Source of the DNA: Utricularia gibba
Taxonomy: Eukaryota > Plantae > Magnoliophyta
Direction: 5' to 3'
NCBI GenBank assembly: GCA_002189035.1
Contig: NEEC01000002.1
Span: forward strand, 6,386,001-6,450,000
DNA length: 64,000 nucleotides
Within the stretch, counting starts at the first letter, position 1; every line of letters begins with the position of its first letter. Under the pieces are notes generated by a model that worked only from the letters and a program-made list of their open reading frames with translations, made no database searches and had not been told where the DNA came from. The position numbers and the translations under genes are program-made. This document shows positions 51,375 to 64,000 of the stretch, piece after piece.

Positions 51375-53237
51375 GGATCTGCAGAAACTGAAAAAACCAT
51401 CTGTTTCTGGAACAGACCCACACGAGTGATGCTGAAGATGATTGGTCACTCGCGCCCCAGAAACCAAACAAACAACATACGAATCAGAGAGAGCATAAAG
51501 TTGCAAGAGAAAGAAAAAAAAGGGAGGAAGAGGACTCGGGATCCGAAGGGAGGTAGATTTATCGATGTTGGTTGGGAGAATGGAATCTGTGGGCAAGCCC
51601 AGCCGAGAAGGCCAAGGTGGAGAATGACGTCAGCAAACCGGGGGACCCTTCCACACGAAAAGCATCTCAGATCGACCGGTAAATTCATAATTTCATCTCT
51701 TGGGCAGAATCCGCATTTGAATTCCAGGGCTCACTCCATTCAATATACCTCCAAAACATGTTACCTCATAGCCCTACATCTCCCGTGGAGCGTTTCCATC
51801 CACCAATTCTCTGCATCTGAGAGTGTGTCTCGATTCAATTCGTGTTCAAAAGTCGAATAATGCTCTGGGTTGGATCGGGTTGAGTTCAAAAGAAAACCCA
51901 TTAAAAACAAGATGGAATTAGCTATAAAGACATGATCTTTGCTGATGTCGGGAACCCAGTCCCGTCGGAGCCCGCGACCACGCGGCGGTCTTGATGACAA
52001 TGGTGCGGTGGCCGCCTCCTCCAATCATTCAGCCTCCCCGTGCCCATGCATGAGACAAATATCCTTCTTTATTAGGCAAAATGCTTCTCATCCCCACCTT
52101 CAAATTTAATCATCAAGATTCTCCATTACAAAAGGAATCCTTGTCTTTCTTCACTCTAGAACAAGCATCTAATTCATTCCATATCACGTATCATGTGTTT
52201 CCACTACCCTAACACTCCATGTAAATCAGGCAAGTTCAAACCATACAAATTAAATACACCATCTATCTATTTGATTCATATTAGTTTTTTTACGGGTACG
52301 AGTCACGGATCTATTTCGTTATGGATCAACGTTTTGGATATCCAAATTGACCCGTATTCGTGCTCACTTCTATCTTATAGAATTGTTGTCAACCATGTAA
52401 TCCTACTATTAAATGAAATGAATAAATATGTAAATTTTATATAAGTCATAAGGAAAAAACATGAAAGATTAAATATTCAAAATGAATAATAAGATCACAT
52501 AAATAAAATGAAATCGTCATAATTGATATTAGAGTTAATATCAAACTAATAATCTTAGTTTATTTCATGGTTTTATTTTCCTATTTTTTTTTGTTTTAAA
52601 GCAATGAATTTGGGGAAAATCTTATGAAATATTCATTTATTATTAAATGTTTACTTAAAAATAATACATGACTATTTTTTTCTATTACCTTTATATTGTT
52701 GGAATATGGGTTTTATTTAATATATTTATTTTTTTAAGAAAAAAAAGACATGGTGCGACCATCAGACAGACAAAAGCGTTGAGCATTAAATGTTGTTATC
52801 CTGAACCGGGCCCGGGTCGGCGGGCACTCCGTGACTTGATTGGACAACTGGATAAATTTGTCGGTATTCGATTTTTTCTTTATTATTTATCAGGAAATTA
52901 TATTATCAAGTTGGCCCATTTTCAGAAGATGGGCCCCAAGCGGCCCATTTCTGACTTCTGAGGCACAGCGGCCCATGCTAATTATTGATTTTGTCCACCG
53001 CCCACAGTGAAATTAAATTAAAAAAAGGATATATAATGAATTTGAAAATTCTTATTTTTTCATTATTTATGTATGATATATTACGCCACATGTTGATAAT
53101 GATATTTTTTCACATGTGATGTTTGAAGTATGTCTTGCTTTTAAAAAGGGGAAGGTGTTCTCATGTCAATGGATGGTGATGACACACATGAAAAGAGTTC
53201 CTTGTGTGTTTCGCAATTGAATTCAAGATGAAACTCC

Positions 53238-53487
53238 TTTTGCAAATCCAGTTAGAGCACGTTTATATCGACATTTCGAATCGGACTGCTTAGAACATCA
53301 TTAGGATGATAATTTAGTTTTGGTTTTGGAGGATCGAATCCTATGTTGCATGATTTCCTTTTATTTCCCATTTGCAAATCCAGTTAGAGCATGTTTATAT
53401 CGACATTTCGAATCGGACTACTTAGAACATCGTTAGGATGATAATTTAGTTTTGGTTTTGGAGGATCTAATCTTATGTTGCATGATT
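53238..53487. repeat. Tandem duplication, two copies of about 118 bp (period about 133 bp)
   Basis: TTTGCAAATCCAGTTAGAGCA...GTTGCATGATT at 53238 and 53371, with few substitutions. Confidence 0.9.
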
Positions 53488-55039
53488 CACTGTGATTTAT
53501 GGGAAATCATGCACTAGACGCGTGATTTGTCGAGTGTATGCAAGGTATATATATATATATTATATTTTAAAAAATTAATCAATAGATATCTAAAATAATC
53601 AGCATTCTCTTTGGTATCTTTTTCATTCCTCAACTTGAGTTTTGAGATTGAATGATTTCTTATCTCAATATTTCTCTCATTTGAGTACGTTTCTTGGTTT
53701 TTGAAATAACGTACCCTTAACGTACCCTAAAAATTGGATTTATGAAATCAACGAATCTCGCAACTCACCTATTTTGGTGCAACCTAGATCGAATCATGGG
53801 TGCATGTTTGCAAACAAGAGTGGATTTCCATGCATTCCATTAGTTATCAACTTTGTTGCATGTTGGGAGGTTCCACTATGCAAACAAAGATGGGCCTGTT
53901 TAGATAGACATGAATGATCGTTTGAGCCTTGAAGGGAATATGGGCTTTTATTGCAAGGCCCATTGAGCTCAGTCCAATTCCCATATTCAAGCCCAAGTAG
54001 ATTTGTCAGTTACGAGCCATGCATCAATGACCTTGAAGTGCATTAGGGTTTGAAGCTTTCTTAGAGCTCATACCTTAATTGGAAAAGTTCCTATCCCATC
54101 TCAGGATCGAAGAAAAAAACGATCTTGTGTCGATGATGAGATTCGCATGGTGGTTTACTTAGCATGAAACTCCTCTGATCTTCCCTTGCGTGGAGAATGT
54201 GTGGGCTACTTTGTTGCTTTTGATTAGATGACTTAATCCCCTTTTGTGCAGAGAATTGAATCCAAAGAAGCGTTTCTTTTGTCTTCCCCCTGTGGGATAG
54301 GTACATGGCTTTACACTCGTTACATCTGGATCATCCCTTTGTCCATGGAGCTTTTGCAAAAGCATCCTAATAGCAACTTTGCTTGATGGAGGAGGGGCAA
54401 AAAGAAAAGGCACAGTTGCTTTAGATTAGCCCCCCCGCCTACAATATCTTATCTTCATCTCCTGCTGTCCTGTTAATCAACGCAAATATTCACCTAATGG
54501 AATCAGCAAATGAGTCAGTGAACCATCGCAGCCGGAAGTGAGTAAAAAGGGAATACTGCATTTTAGCCTACTGTGATGAGCATGCCATCCGAACCCTCCT
54601 GTAACCTTCACAATGCACATCCTCCCCACGAATGATAACCTGGAGATGTGAGGAGTTGAAGAATCAAAAGCAAAGTAAAGTATTAGAGGGCAGAATCAAA
54701 AGCATCAGGAGCCAAGTAGCTATGAGGCCACACGTTTCTCCAGGCTCCCAGCACGTCTTTCTACTGTTCCCCCACTGGATCTTATGATGAAAATCACAAA
54801 GTCTCTGCAAAAGCATGTGGAAATTATAAAGAGCCCTCATGGTTTCTATCATCTCTTTCCACAGCCTCTTCCTTTCTGCCTTGTGTTTTCTTCTCGTTTG
54901 GGCATTCTCTTCAGATTCATCACCCCCTTCATTCTTCTCAATGATGCTTCTTTCCCTTCAGTTTCAGTGACAACGTTTTTTATATAAGAGTTGTTAAAAA
55001 AGAGAGTGGGATCTGTCTTTATTTTTTCAGGTCTTGGTC

Positions 55040-56849
55040 ATGGATTCTGCTGCGCATGGCCACCACCTTTCTTCTTCTTCTTCAGCTACATCTTCTTCTC
55101 CTTGCTATGGATTGGATACAAGCTCCCATGCTTGGACTGCGACCAATTACTCCATCTTGTAAGTTGGAAAAACAACAAGCTCTCATGCACCACAAGTTTA
55201 ATCAGAGAATTAGGGTTTTTTTGTCGATGTTTGCAGGGACACAAATGGCTTCCATTGCATTCAACCCTCCATGGCTCAGGACCTTAGCTTTCAATGGCTC
55301 GACACCCACAAGTTCCATGAACACCCCATGAACAGAATTCAGCTTCCTCCACCCAATCAGACACTTCTTCCAGATACCTACTACTTCAACCATGGAATAA
55401 CAGCTGAAGCGCCTTGCTCTTTCGACAGCATGAGTTCAGAAGCCCTGGATCTTCTACCTTGTCCGAGATTCAGCAGAATCTTTGACCCTGATTCTTCCCA
55501 GATTCAAATTGGAATCACTGGAGATGGATTCAATTACATTCCCCATCCTTATCCACCTCCTACAAGGTTAGATTCTACAATGTCTGTAAGATTCATTCTT
55601 ACACGATTGCTGATGTTATATAAAAAATTCATTTTCTTTCTTTTGTAAGAATGTATAAGAAAAAAAAAGGAACTTTAAGCCATAAAAGCATTAGTTGGTA
55701 CGTACCAGTAGCTCCTGTGTCTTGATCATGTATCAGAAACCGATGATAGAAAATTATGTTTTTTTTTTTTTGCTTTTTAATTATTTGTTGCCTTTATGAG
55801 AAAGATGCTCGTCTCTTTTCTCCTTTCAAACCCTATTTCAGCCTTTTGCGTTATACATCCACTTTTACATTTTTTTTTCAGAAATAAATCCTTTTTTCTT
55901 TAATATTTCCATGGTATTAGTTCACACGTCTGCTGCAACTGCTTAGCTTTACCCTCTAAAGGTATTTGCATCAAGCAATGGAGGAGATGGAGATATGAAG
56001 AAATCCAACACTTTCAAGAAGCCCCGGTTAGAAAACCGATCCCACTGCACCCCGTTGAAGGTACCCTCCGCCATGCCGGATTCGAATCTCCAATCCATTG
56101 TGCAGCATCCTTATTCTTAATGATCATGTGAATCAGGTTAGAAAAGAGAAGTTGGGAGATAGAATTGCTGCACTTCAGCAGCTGGTAGCTCCCTTTGGCA
56201 AGGTTCATTCATCTCTTTTAAATTATGCATTGGAGTCTGAAGTTAGGGTCTTTCGGTAGCTGCTTATGGTGAATATTTTTCACTAGAGTTTCACCTTTTA
56301 CCGCAGTGAAAAGTACATGAAATTCATGTTTACTATTTTGATAATTCAGACAGACACTGCATCCGTACTGATGGAGGCCATTGGTTACATCAAATTCCTC
56401 CAGAACCAAGTCGAGGTAGCCCTCACATTTCCCAAATAACATTCTTCTCGGTATTTGTTCCCATATTGCTCTTCCACCCCCTACATCTTCCCAATTTTCG
56501 AAAAAACCCCTCAAGTTATCAAATATTACAAACTCATCCATTTCTTTCAAATTTGAAACATTGATTCTATGCTCATGTTCTTGTCTTAGACACTAAGTGT
56601 CCCCTACGTGAGAGCATCTCGGGTCAAAACAACCCGCCCCATCAAGCATGTGAGTTCTTTCTTGTAATAAAACTTTCTTTTTTTATTGCTTAGTAAAATA
56701 GTTGCAACTCATAGGATGGTGAGAGCGAGGAGACGAAGCGTGATCTGAAGAGCCGGGGGCTGTGCTTGGTTCCCTTGTCATGCTTGTCGTATATCGACGA
56801 TTGCGGTGCGGCGGCGGTGTGGCCTCCGGCGTACTACGGCGGTGCTTAG
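55040..56849 (+). CDS. bHLH110: bHLH transcription factor, bHLH110-like, multi-exon
   Basis: MDSAAHGHHLSSSSS; FKKPRLE | VRKEKLGDRIAALQQLVAPFGK | TDTASVLMEAIGYIKFLQNQVE | TLSVPYV | DLKSRGLCLVPLSC. Confidence 0.88.
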
Positions 56850-57323
56850 ACGGCCAAGCTTGATGGCGGTGAAGGGAGGAGCAAACTTGGTGTTCCCATT
56901 TGTAAGCCAAGGGGATGGGGGCACGAACTTGCTCCATTGTGTGAAATTAGTGAGTGTCATGTTGCTTGCAGCTTCAACTTATGTGTATACAAATCTTCTT
57001 CTTTGGTTGTTTTTCAACAGGGTTTGTTACGTTTTTTAAATTGGTGCTTCAAATTATGTAAAATAGAATTAATTTTAAAATTTTATGAAAATTATTTTAT
57101 GAAATAATATAAAGTTATATTATAGATTAAATTACTATGAAAATATAAAGTATTTTTGAAATATATAGATTCAATAATTTCTGAAATTAATCATATTATC
57201 TGAATTTTTAATTTTTTTATAAAACGATAGAAATTAGATATTGATTCCATCAAATAAAAAATTCGAAAAAAAACCTCAAGTTCTGATTGAAATTGTTTGG
57301 AAAGGGCAAAATTTTGATAAAAT

Positions 57324-57376
57324 TGGGCTTCGAATGGGCTAATTAATTACTAATGGGCCAGGATCTTAGAGGCCCA
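57324..57376. promoter_or_regulatory. Four site II (TGGGCY/RGCCCA) elements, BBD promoter
   Basis: TGGGCT at 57324 and 57335, TGGGCC at 57354 and GGCCCA at 57371, upstream of the 5' UTR. Confidence 0.65.
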
Positions 57377-58368
57377 AAGAGTAGGACTCCGGGGCCGCTT
57401 CCGCCGCCTCCCAGCGCGGATGATGATGAGAAATATCTTCTGTAGGGGTATGTTTGTCATTTAGACGGGATTTTCTTAAATAATATCCAGTGGACTGTGT
57501 GGAAGATCAAGGTTGAAAAGAAGGTGTCGCCACCTCGCAACAGTCTTGTCTCTCAGCAATTTGATCTTTATCTTTACGATTGATTATAGATTGCCTTTGA
57601 TGCGAGACCTGATCCTGTTGGTGTTTCACTGACTCTTGCCACCGTTGATTTGCGCATCTTAAAAAATTCGTTTAAAGATTTGATTCTGTTTGTTTGGGGT
57701 CTTCCTGACTCTGAATTCCCCGATCCTGTTAGGCTTCTGCTCGAGGGTTTGGAGTTTTATTGGAAGCGCAAAGGTTAATATTTGCGCTTTCTTACTTTTG
57801 TACGTGGGGTTGTTTTGGGTTGTCCGTAATTTGCGGGGGGAAGAAATAAATGGATGAGGACCGGTTGACTTGGGAAACGAGTAAAATTAGGGAGGTGTTT
57901 CGTCTGTGGGAGTGACATCTTTCCGTTTATGTGATTACGGTTATTGCTCTCTGATTTTATGAATCACGAGGCCGAACTCTTGTCTTCATAATTGGGTATC
58001 TTTTGTTCTTGATTCGCAATGATCTGGGTGCAAACTGGTAGAAATGATGAGATTTTGAATTTGCGCATGAGCATCGAATCGTGGGGTGTTGTGTTCCTTG
58101 TTCTAGTTATATTAAAAAATGGTAGTCATCGAAAAGTGTTAAAATTGCATGATTCACGACAAAAACATTGAGGATTATCCTAATGGGGAGAAAATGGAAA
58201 AGAAGAAAGCCTCAACTTGTGGATATGAATGGTTTGATTTGGATTTCAGTAGCATGCTTGTTTATTATCAATGAGAAGATGAATAATTGGTTTATGTTTT
58301 TTGTTGGTCTCCGGTTCTTATGTGTGCGTTTTTTTTGTGTTGGTTTGTTATGCTGTTAGGGAACTGAG

Positions 58369-60288
58369 ATGACTTCTTTGCGAGGTCCAGTCATTTGCCC
58401 TGTGATCCAGGCAAAGCAAACAGGATCATGTTTGGTGCCAATTGAATCAGTATTCCTGAAACCTAAACTTAAGACTAGTAGATTCTGGGGTCTAAATCAT
58501 CTAAGCTGCAGAAGTTCTGGGTTGATTCATAGGCAGGGATTTACAAAATCTGCAACTATCAAATGTAGTTTCAGTTCGTCATCGAATGGTAATGGCAGCA
58601 TGGCTGGAAATTCTAACGAGAACAACTCTGAGTATGTGAACTCCAGTGTGATTGAAGCTGGTAACTTTTGTATTTTAACTGAACTTCTCCCCACCCCTCT
58701 GCCCCTTTATTTAGACCGGGGCCTCCTGTTCCTTTTAACCCCTAGAAGCAGATATAGGAATTGTTAATTTCCACTGCTAGATTAGATTTTTCGAACAGTC
58801 TTTCCCATTGTTGGAGTTGATTCAGCATTTTGGACATAGACATTTCCGTCTGTAAGTTGTTTAATTGTTGTAAATAGTTGAGGTAAGGAGTGGTCCCGAT
58901 GGTTTCATGATCAAGATGAGAGATGGTAGGTTCTTGAGATGTGTTCACAATAACCCTTCTGGTGGACATCTACCTGAGTATGCTCCACATCCGGCCATTG
59001 TACTTCGGATGGAAGATGGGACCGGAATTCTTCTCCCAATAATTGTTTGTATGTCAATTACACATCATCATCATACATTATAACGGAAAAAGTTATTCTG
59101 ATCTACGACAATTTCTTATGTTCTGCCCTTTATTCCAGTGGAGATGCCAAGTGTGCTCCTGATGGCTGCTCTGCGTAATGTGCCAATTGTATGTTCACAT
59201 TTTTTTTCTTTAACTGAACAAATTGGTATTATGGTAGCTCTCTTTTTTTTCATATGCTGTTCATATAACCTATCAGGCCAGGCCAACTGTATATCAAGTA
59301 GTGACGGACATGATTGAGAAGATGGGATATACAGTGAGTTTTAACCTTTACACTATGCCAGATCTGAAGTGCGCGTATATTATCTGTCTGAATTCCTTCT
59401 GATGCTCAATCGCAGGTGAAACTTGTTCGCGTCACCAAGAGGGTGCATGAGGCATATTTTGCAGAGCTACACCTTGCAAAGGTATGTAGAACTATCAATA
59501 GTTAAATGGTGGTTATGTTTTTAATTAATGTTCTGATAATATATCTATTTCGGCAATGTGAAGTTGGATAACGAAGCTGAGTGCTTAAGTTTTGATCTTC
59601 GGCCCTCCGATGCCATTAACATTGGTGTTCGATGCAAGGTGATTAATCATTTCTACAATCATGTTCTTAATCCTTGTGTCAAGTGGGAGGCATGAATTAT
59701 ATTTTCAGCGTGGCATGACCTCTGCTGAAAACGCATATGAACACTTAAGCTGTATTCATCTGAATATAACGTACTTATCTGCGGACAGGTTCCTATACAA
59801 GTCAACAAGTTTCTGGTTTACAGCGACGGTATGAAGGTCATCGAGACCCCAAGAGTCTCAGTGGATGGCTCCTCATCTAATGGACTGCTGTTCTCCGAAA
59901 TGGACAGGTTTAGCTCCTCAATTTTAGATGGTTTTCATAACATTTGTTTCTCTTGTCTTGGAAGTCTTATAGATAGTGCCTTCATGGATCCTTCCATATT
60001 ATGCTTATGCAGACCCACTGGGCAGCCGTGCATTGAGACCATTGAATTCGATCTGACTAGAAACATGCTGATTGCAGCCGTTGAAGAACGCTACAAGGAT
60101 GCAGGTATACCTGGTCAAACTCTTGAAACCTTCTTCACCAACCATGCCATACACCAGAATCCTCCAAACCACCCTTCTCTTGTCTCATCCAAACTTCTTG
60201 AACTGGTGACTCATGTTTGTTTGCTTCATTTTCAGCTCTATGGAGGGACAGACTCACCCAACTCCGTTCCAAGTCGAACTGGGCCTGA
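58369..60288 (+). CDS. BBD1: Bifunctional nuclease in basal defence response (DUF151), 9 exons
   Basis: MTSLRGPVICP, YVNSSVIEAVEVRSGPDGF, CVHNNPSGGHLPEYAPHPAIVL, ARPTVYQVV, VKLVRVTKRVHEAYFA, FDLRPSDAINI, VPIQVNK and WRDRLTQLR. Confidence 0.94.
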
Positions 60289-60765
60289 GACGCCTGGATG
60301 ATACCCACAAAACACCCATACATTGATCCTCTCTTTTCCCTGAGAAGAAATGGATTCCCTTTCAGGGCACACACAGCATCCATTCCTCTTCTCCCTCAGA
60401 TCCCCACACTCATTGTGTACAATAAACATGTATATGTCTGTCATGTATGTATATAGCCTATGCAAGTGTTGTTGTTCATGACTAATGTTGATGAACCCTA
60501 CAAAGTCTCTGCTGTCAATGTAGTCTTTGATGTGTTCTCTGATCACTAAAAAGGAATCACTCAACATGGGTTGGCACAAGAAGCGTTTTTGATCTCAAGC
60601 TGGATCTGTTCTTCATGAAATCCTGGGGATATGAAACAGGGTTGATTGTTCTTTTCAGCTTATGTTCAAGTATCCACAAAAGGCTAAACTTTACAAAAGC
60701 CCTTTACACAAGGAGGGTGTATTAATCAAGGTAATTAACCCCAAAAACGTTTAATTATGCATTAA

Positions 60766-61494
60766 TTACTGCGCTGCCATCAACTGATACATCCCAGCAT
60801 CTGCCTTCTCGTCGGTCGCCACCGCGCGCCGCCGTCGATGCTCCTCCAGGAACTCCTCGATCAGTTGCCGGAACTCCTGGCTGCTCAGCCTCTCCATCTC
60901 CACCGCGTCCAACCCTTTGCGTGGTCTCTGCCGTACTACATCCGTCCTCGATCGCAGGAGCTCTTTTTCAGGGCTCGACCGTATTTCTCTCTTCAAATTC
61001 GTGGATTCCGTACGCCGGAACTTGTCCACCCTCTTCACCGCTTGCCGTATCACCTCATCAACCTCCTCTAACTGCGGAGTTTCCTTTTCCACGTCCGGTG
61101 ATTTGTAAACAACAATCTGCTTCTCCTTTTCGGTTTCCTCTTTTTTTTCAAACTCAATCTGTGCTCTGTGTCTCGAGTACTCGTCGTAGTAAAAATCTCC
61201 TCCTTCGGTGGCATCTCTGGCGGCGTGGCGTCGGCCGAGACACAGCAACGCAACGATGATCGCGTTTTCGATAAGAAAAAAAACCAAATGATCAAAAACA
61301 TAATCGACAGTAAAAAACGCGGTGGCAGCGGATCTCAGAGCAGCCAGGATTCTGGCCGATGACCATGAAACAAAACCCAGAACAACAAAAACCTCCACAG
61401 CCTTCCGAACCTGCCCCAAGAAACGAAATCCACTGAATCTCTCGACGCCGCGCTGCTTCTCCAACTCCATCGAATCCAAAACAGGGGAACCCAT
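60766..61494 (-). CDS. Plant-specific DUF4408/DUF761-like membrane-anchored protein, intronless
   Basis: LEKQRGVERF, a hydrophobic stretch ending LVFFLIENAIIVALL, DFYYDEY, FRRTES, LLRSRT and LSSQEFRQLIEEFL fit this family pattern. Confidence 0.75.
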   Translation of the reverse strand: MGSPVLDSMELEKQRGVERFSGFRFLGQVRKAVEVFVVLGFVSWSSARILAALRSAATAFFTVDYVFDHLVFFLIENAIIVALLCLGRRHAARDATEGGDFYYDEYSRHRAQIEFEKKEETEKEKQIVVYKSPDVEKETPQLEEVDEVIRQAVKRVDKFRRTESTNLKREIRSSPEKELLRSRTDVVRQRPRKGLDAVEMERLSSQEFRQLIEEFLEEHRRRRAVATDEKADAGMYQLMAAQ

Positions 61495-62225
61495 CCGAAA
61501 CAAAAATCAAATCTTTTTTTCCGGGTCGACGATCACACGCTTCCAGGAGACAAAAAAATGGAGAATTCAGACCAAACTCATCAGATACATCGTAGAAAAA
61601 AAGCACAGAATGCGTATCAAGAAGATACGAGAAACCGAGGAGACTGAGTATGCGCACTCTGCGTTTCCACTCAGTCCTCTGGGTGTTTATACACGAGAGC
61701 GTTCCAAATTCCCCCATTTTTAGAAAATATTATTATATTAATTTATCAATATTTTGAAATACATCATTTCCATAAATAGATGTCATCAACGAGAAAATGC
61801 ATTTTTTAATGAATTTCCGTTATTTGATATTAATCTGAATTTCGGATTGGTTGATTTGGTCACTATCCCTTGTAACGGCGAGACCCACCCCGGGCCCCAC
61901 CTAATTGCAGAACCCGTCAATTACGTACCTCCGCACCCGTTCATCTTACTACAAATGAAACCATAATACACGTTGTGTGCTTTTGCGTTTCCTAAATCCT
62001 CTTCTGGTTTACCAAATCTGCACTAAGTCGAGTCGATTAATCAATATTTGAAACTCGATAGATAATCCATTTGGAGATGCTTTGATATCATAAAAAATAC
62101 CAATTTCATATCGAATGATAGATCTTAAAACATGGGTGTGAAGCTCAATTAAATACGAATTAATGTAATAACAGTGTTTTACTATGGTGGAGGATGGGGA
62201 AGTTGAAGATAACTTCTGATTTTGA

Positions 62226-62500
<275 letters not shown>

Positions 62501-63117
62501 TAACTGTATAAAATTTTGTTATTAATATATGAGATAGAATGTTAGGATGATTATTTTCAAGTCATTTTTCTCTAATGTTGACTTCTCCATAATTCAGGGG
62601 GGGGGGGATTTGGAAATCTGATCACTATTTTTTTTACTGTGTTGAAAAAATTGGACACCATCATTGTTAAAATTTTAATTTACTATATGCGAAAGAATGT
62701 GAGGATGACTATTTTTCCAAATGGTCGTCATTCAGGTGATGATGGTGGTTGGGTGGAAGCAAATTACAACGTGGATTCCTTGAGATGTAGCAGGAGAATT
62801 GTGTACAAAACAAGGAGTTGGTTTTGGGGAGATGAATGAAAACTACAAAAAACACAGGTGGCCATCTCTAAAACCTTGAAATGACTATCTGGTGCAAAGG
62901 CGTCTGTTGTGTAATGCCACGTGTTCCCTCCCAAATGGGAATAGTTATGATGGATTGTTGGTGTGATGAGTGATCCTAAACCATTTGCCTTGCCATGGAG
63001 TGGTAATGAAACTGGGTCCATCATGTTTAGTACAGGTTTCTTTTTGGACAGAGGTGAACTAATCAACAGAATGTGGTCACTAACTGCGGACAGATTCATG
63101 GAAAACTGAAGCAACCA

Positions 63118-64000
63118 TCACCTCTCCTCGGAGTTGAACTTGTTCCATGCAGCCTGAAAAGAGTTGTGAAGTTAACTTCTCTTCATTCCCTTCTGAGATC
63201 ATTTGATGGGGGTAAGGGGGGAGGAAGTGAGTACCTTGAGGAGATCAAAAACCTTTTCACATATGTACTTCTGCTGGACTGAAGCCCCTCTTTGCTGCAC
63301 TTTGTCAGGATGCACGCAAAGTGTTGCCTTTCTGTAGGCTTTCTTCACATCAGCAGTGGTGATGATCTCTGTTAACGAGACAGTCTTCCAGCCGCTCTCG
63401 GCACCAAGGATCTGTGGGAAGGAAAGGGGCAGGCATGTGAACAAGCTTTGATGTTCACTGAATTCTGGGGGCAGTTCGCAGATGGAATATCCAATGACCG
63501 AGATTTTATATCAGAAGCATATGAGGAGTTAGGGAGTGTACATAGTGCAAAGTGGACAGCAGCGCACGCAAGTTGCCTTCTTTTCCAGCTGACCATCTCT
63601 TAATGTCAGCATCCAGATATTCAGCCATTCTCTGCAAAGGGAAACAAGTATATTGGCGAATGCATGTTTGATGAAGGAAGTGAAGGATTCTTACATTTCT
63701 CTCAGCCTGCTCTTTCTGGACGAGCAAATCGCGCTTATTCTTCTCCTCAAGGGCCTTTGCCTGAGATTATGAAAAAGTATTAGCTTCCACAGGTTAGCTG
63801 CCTTGAGAAAAAAGCAATGATGGGCTCACCGCTCGCTCCATGACTCTTTGATGCCTCTCTAATCTCGCTTTATGCCTCTGGGCTGACTCTGTATATGTTG
63901 CTGTGACTTCCAGATCCTGTGATAACGTTTGACGGATCATCTAGTGCAAGATTGACAGGGAAGCATTCTCACAAAACAAGCAATGAGTAATTTACTCACA
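63118..64000 (-). CDS. Auxilin-like / auxilin-related J-domain protein, 3' exons only (gene continues beyond the window)
   Basis: [20 protein letters not shown] | [22 protein letters not shown] | [30 protein letters not shown] | [16 protein letters not shown]...[11 protein letters not shown] | [11 protein letters not shown]; HPD motif present. Confidence 0.92.

Noticed and set aside
53331-53341. GGATCGAATCC, a tRNA B-box-like motif
   Set aside because: No A-box or cloverleaf; it lies inside the tandem duplication.
54133-54178. C/D-box snoRNA candidate (ATGATGA...CTGA)
   Set aside because: Only about 46 nt long and has no terminal stem.

Overview
This is eukaryotic nuclear DNA from a flowering plant (eudicot-like), not a prokaryote. 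It has GT-AG introns, AT-rich spacers and about 19 protein-coding genes in 64 kb, which points to a compact genome; the species cannot be determined from this window. Gene order: HMGR(-), PMI1(+), DUF2358/NTF2-like(+), SAUR(-), RPA43-like(-), ARF5/MONOPTEROS(+), SAM methyltransferase(-), CCCH zinc finger(-), IQD32(-), LDL3(+), glycine-rich protein(+), BBX21-like(-), BEL1-like homeobox(+), S1 bZIP with sucrose-control uORF(-), bHLH110-like(+), bifunctional nuclease BBD(+), DUF4408-like(-), a decayed plastid rbcL insertion, and the 3' end of an auxilin-like J-domain gene(-). Main caveat: at least 11 single-base (-1) frameshifts in six otherwise intact genes sit in or next to short homopolymers. 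This looks like a long-read consensus artefact rather than pseudogenisation. I found no convincing wholly new system, and no CRISPR array, rRNA, tRNA or snRNA gene. The best leads are regulatory or structural: a weak non-canonical GC donor in BBX21 whose retention would give a single-B-box microProtein, a uORF-packed ARF5 leader and a PB1-truncating short intron, intron loss in HMGR and DUF2358, a duplicated HMGR N-terminal RRR motif, an rbcL NUPT with a C>T/G>A decay spectrum, and orphan site II promoter clusters. Gene names come from recalled protein family motifs, not from a database search.
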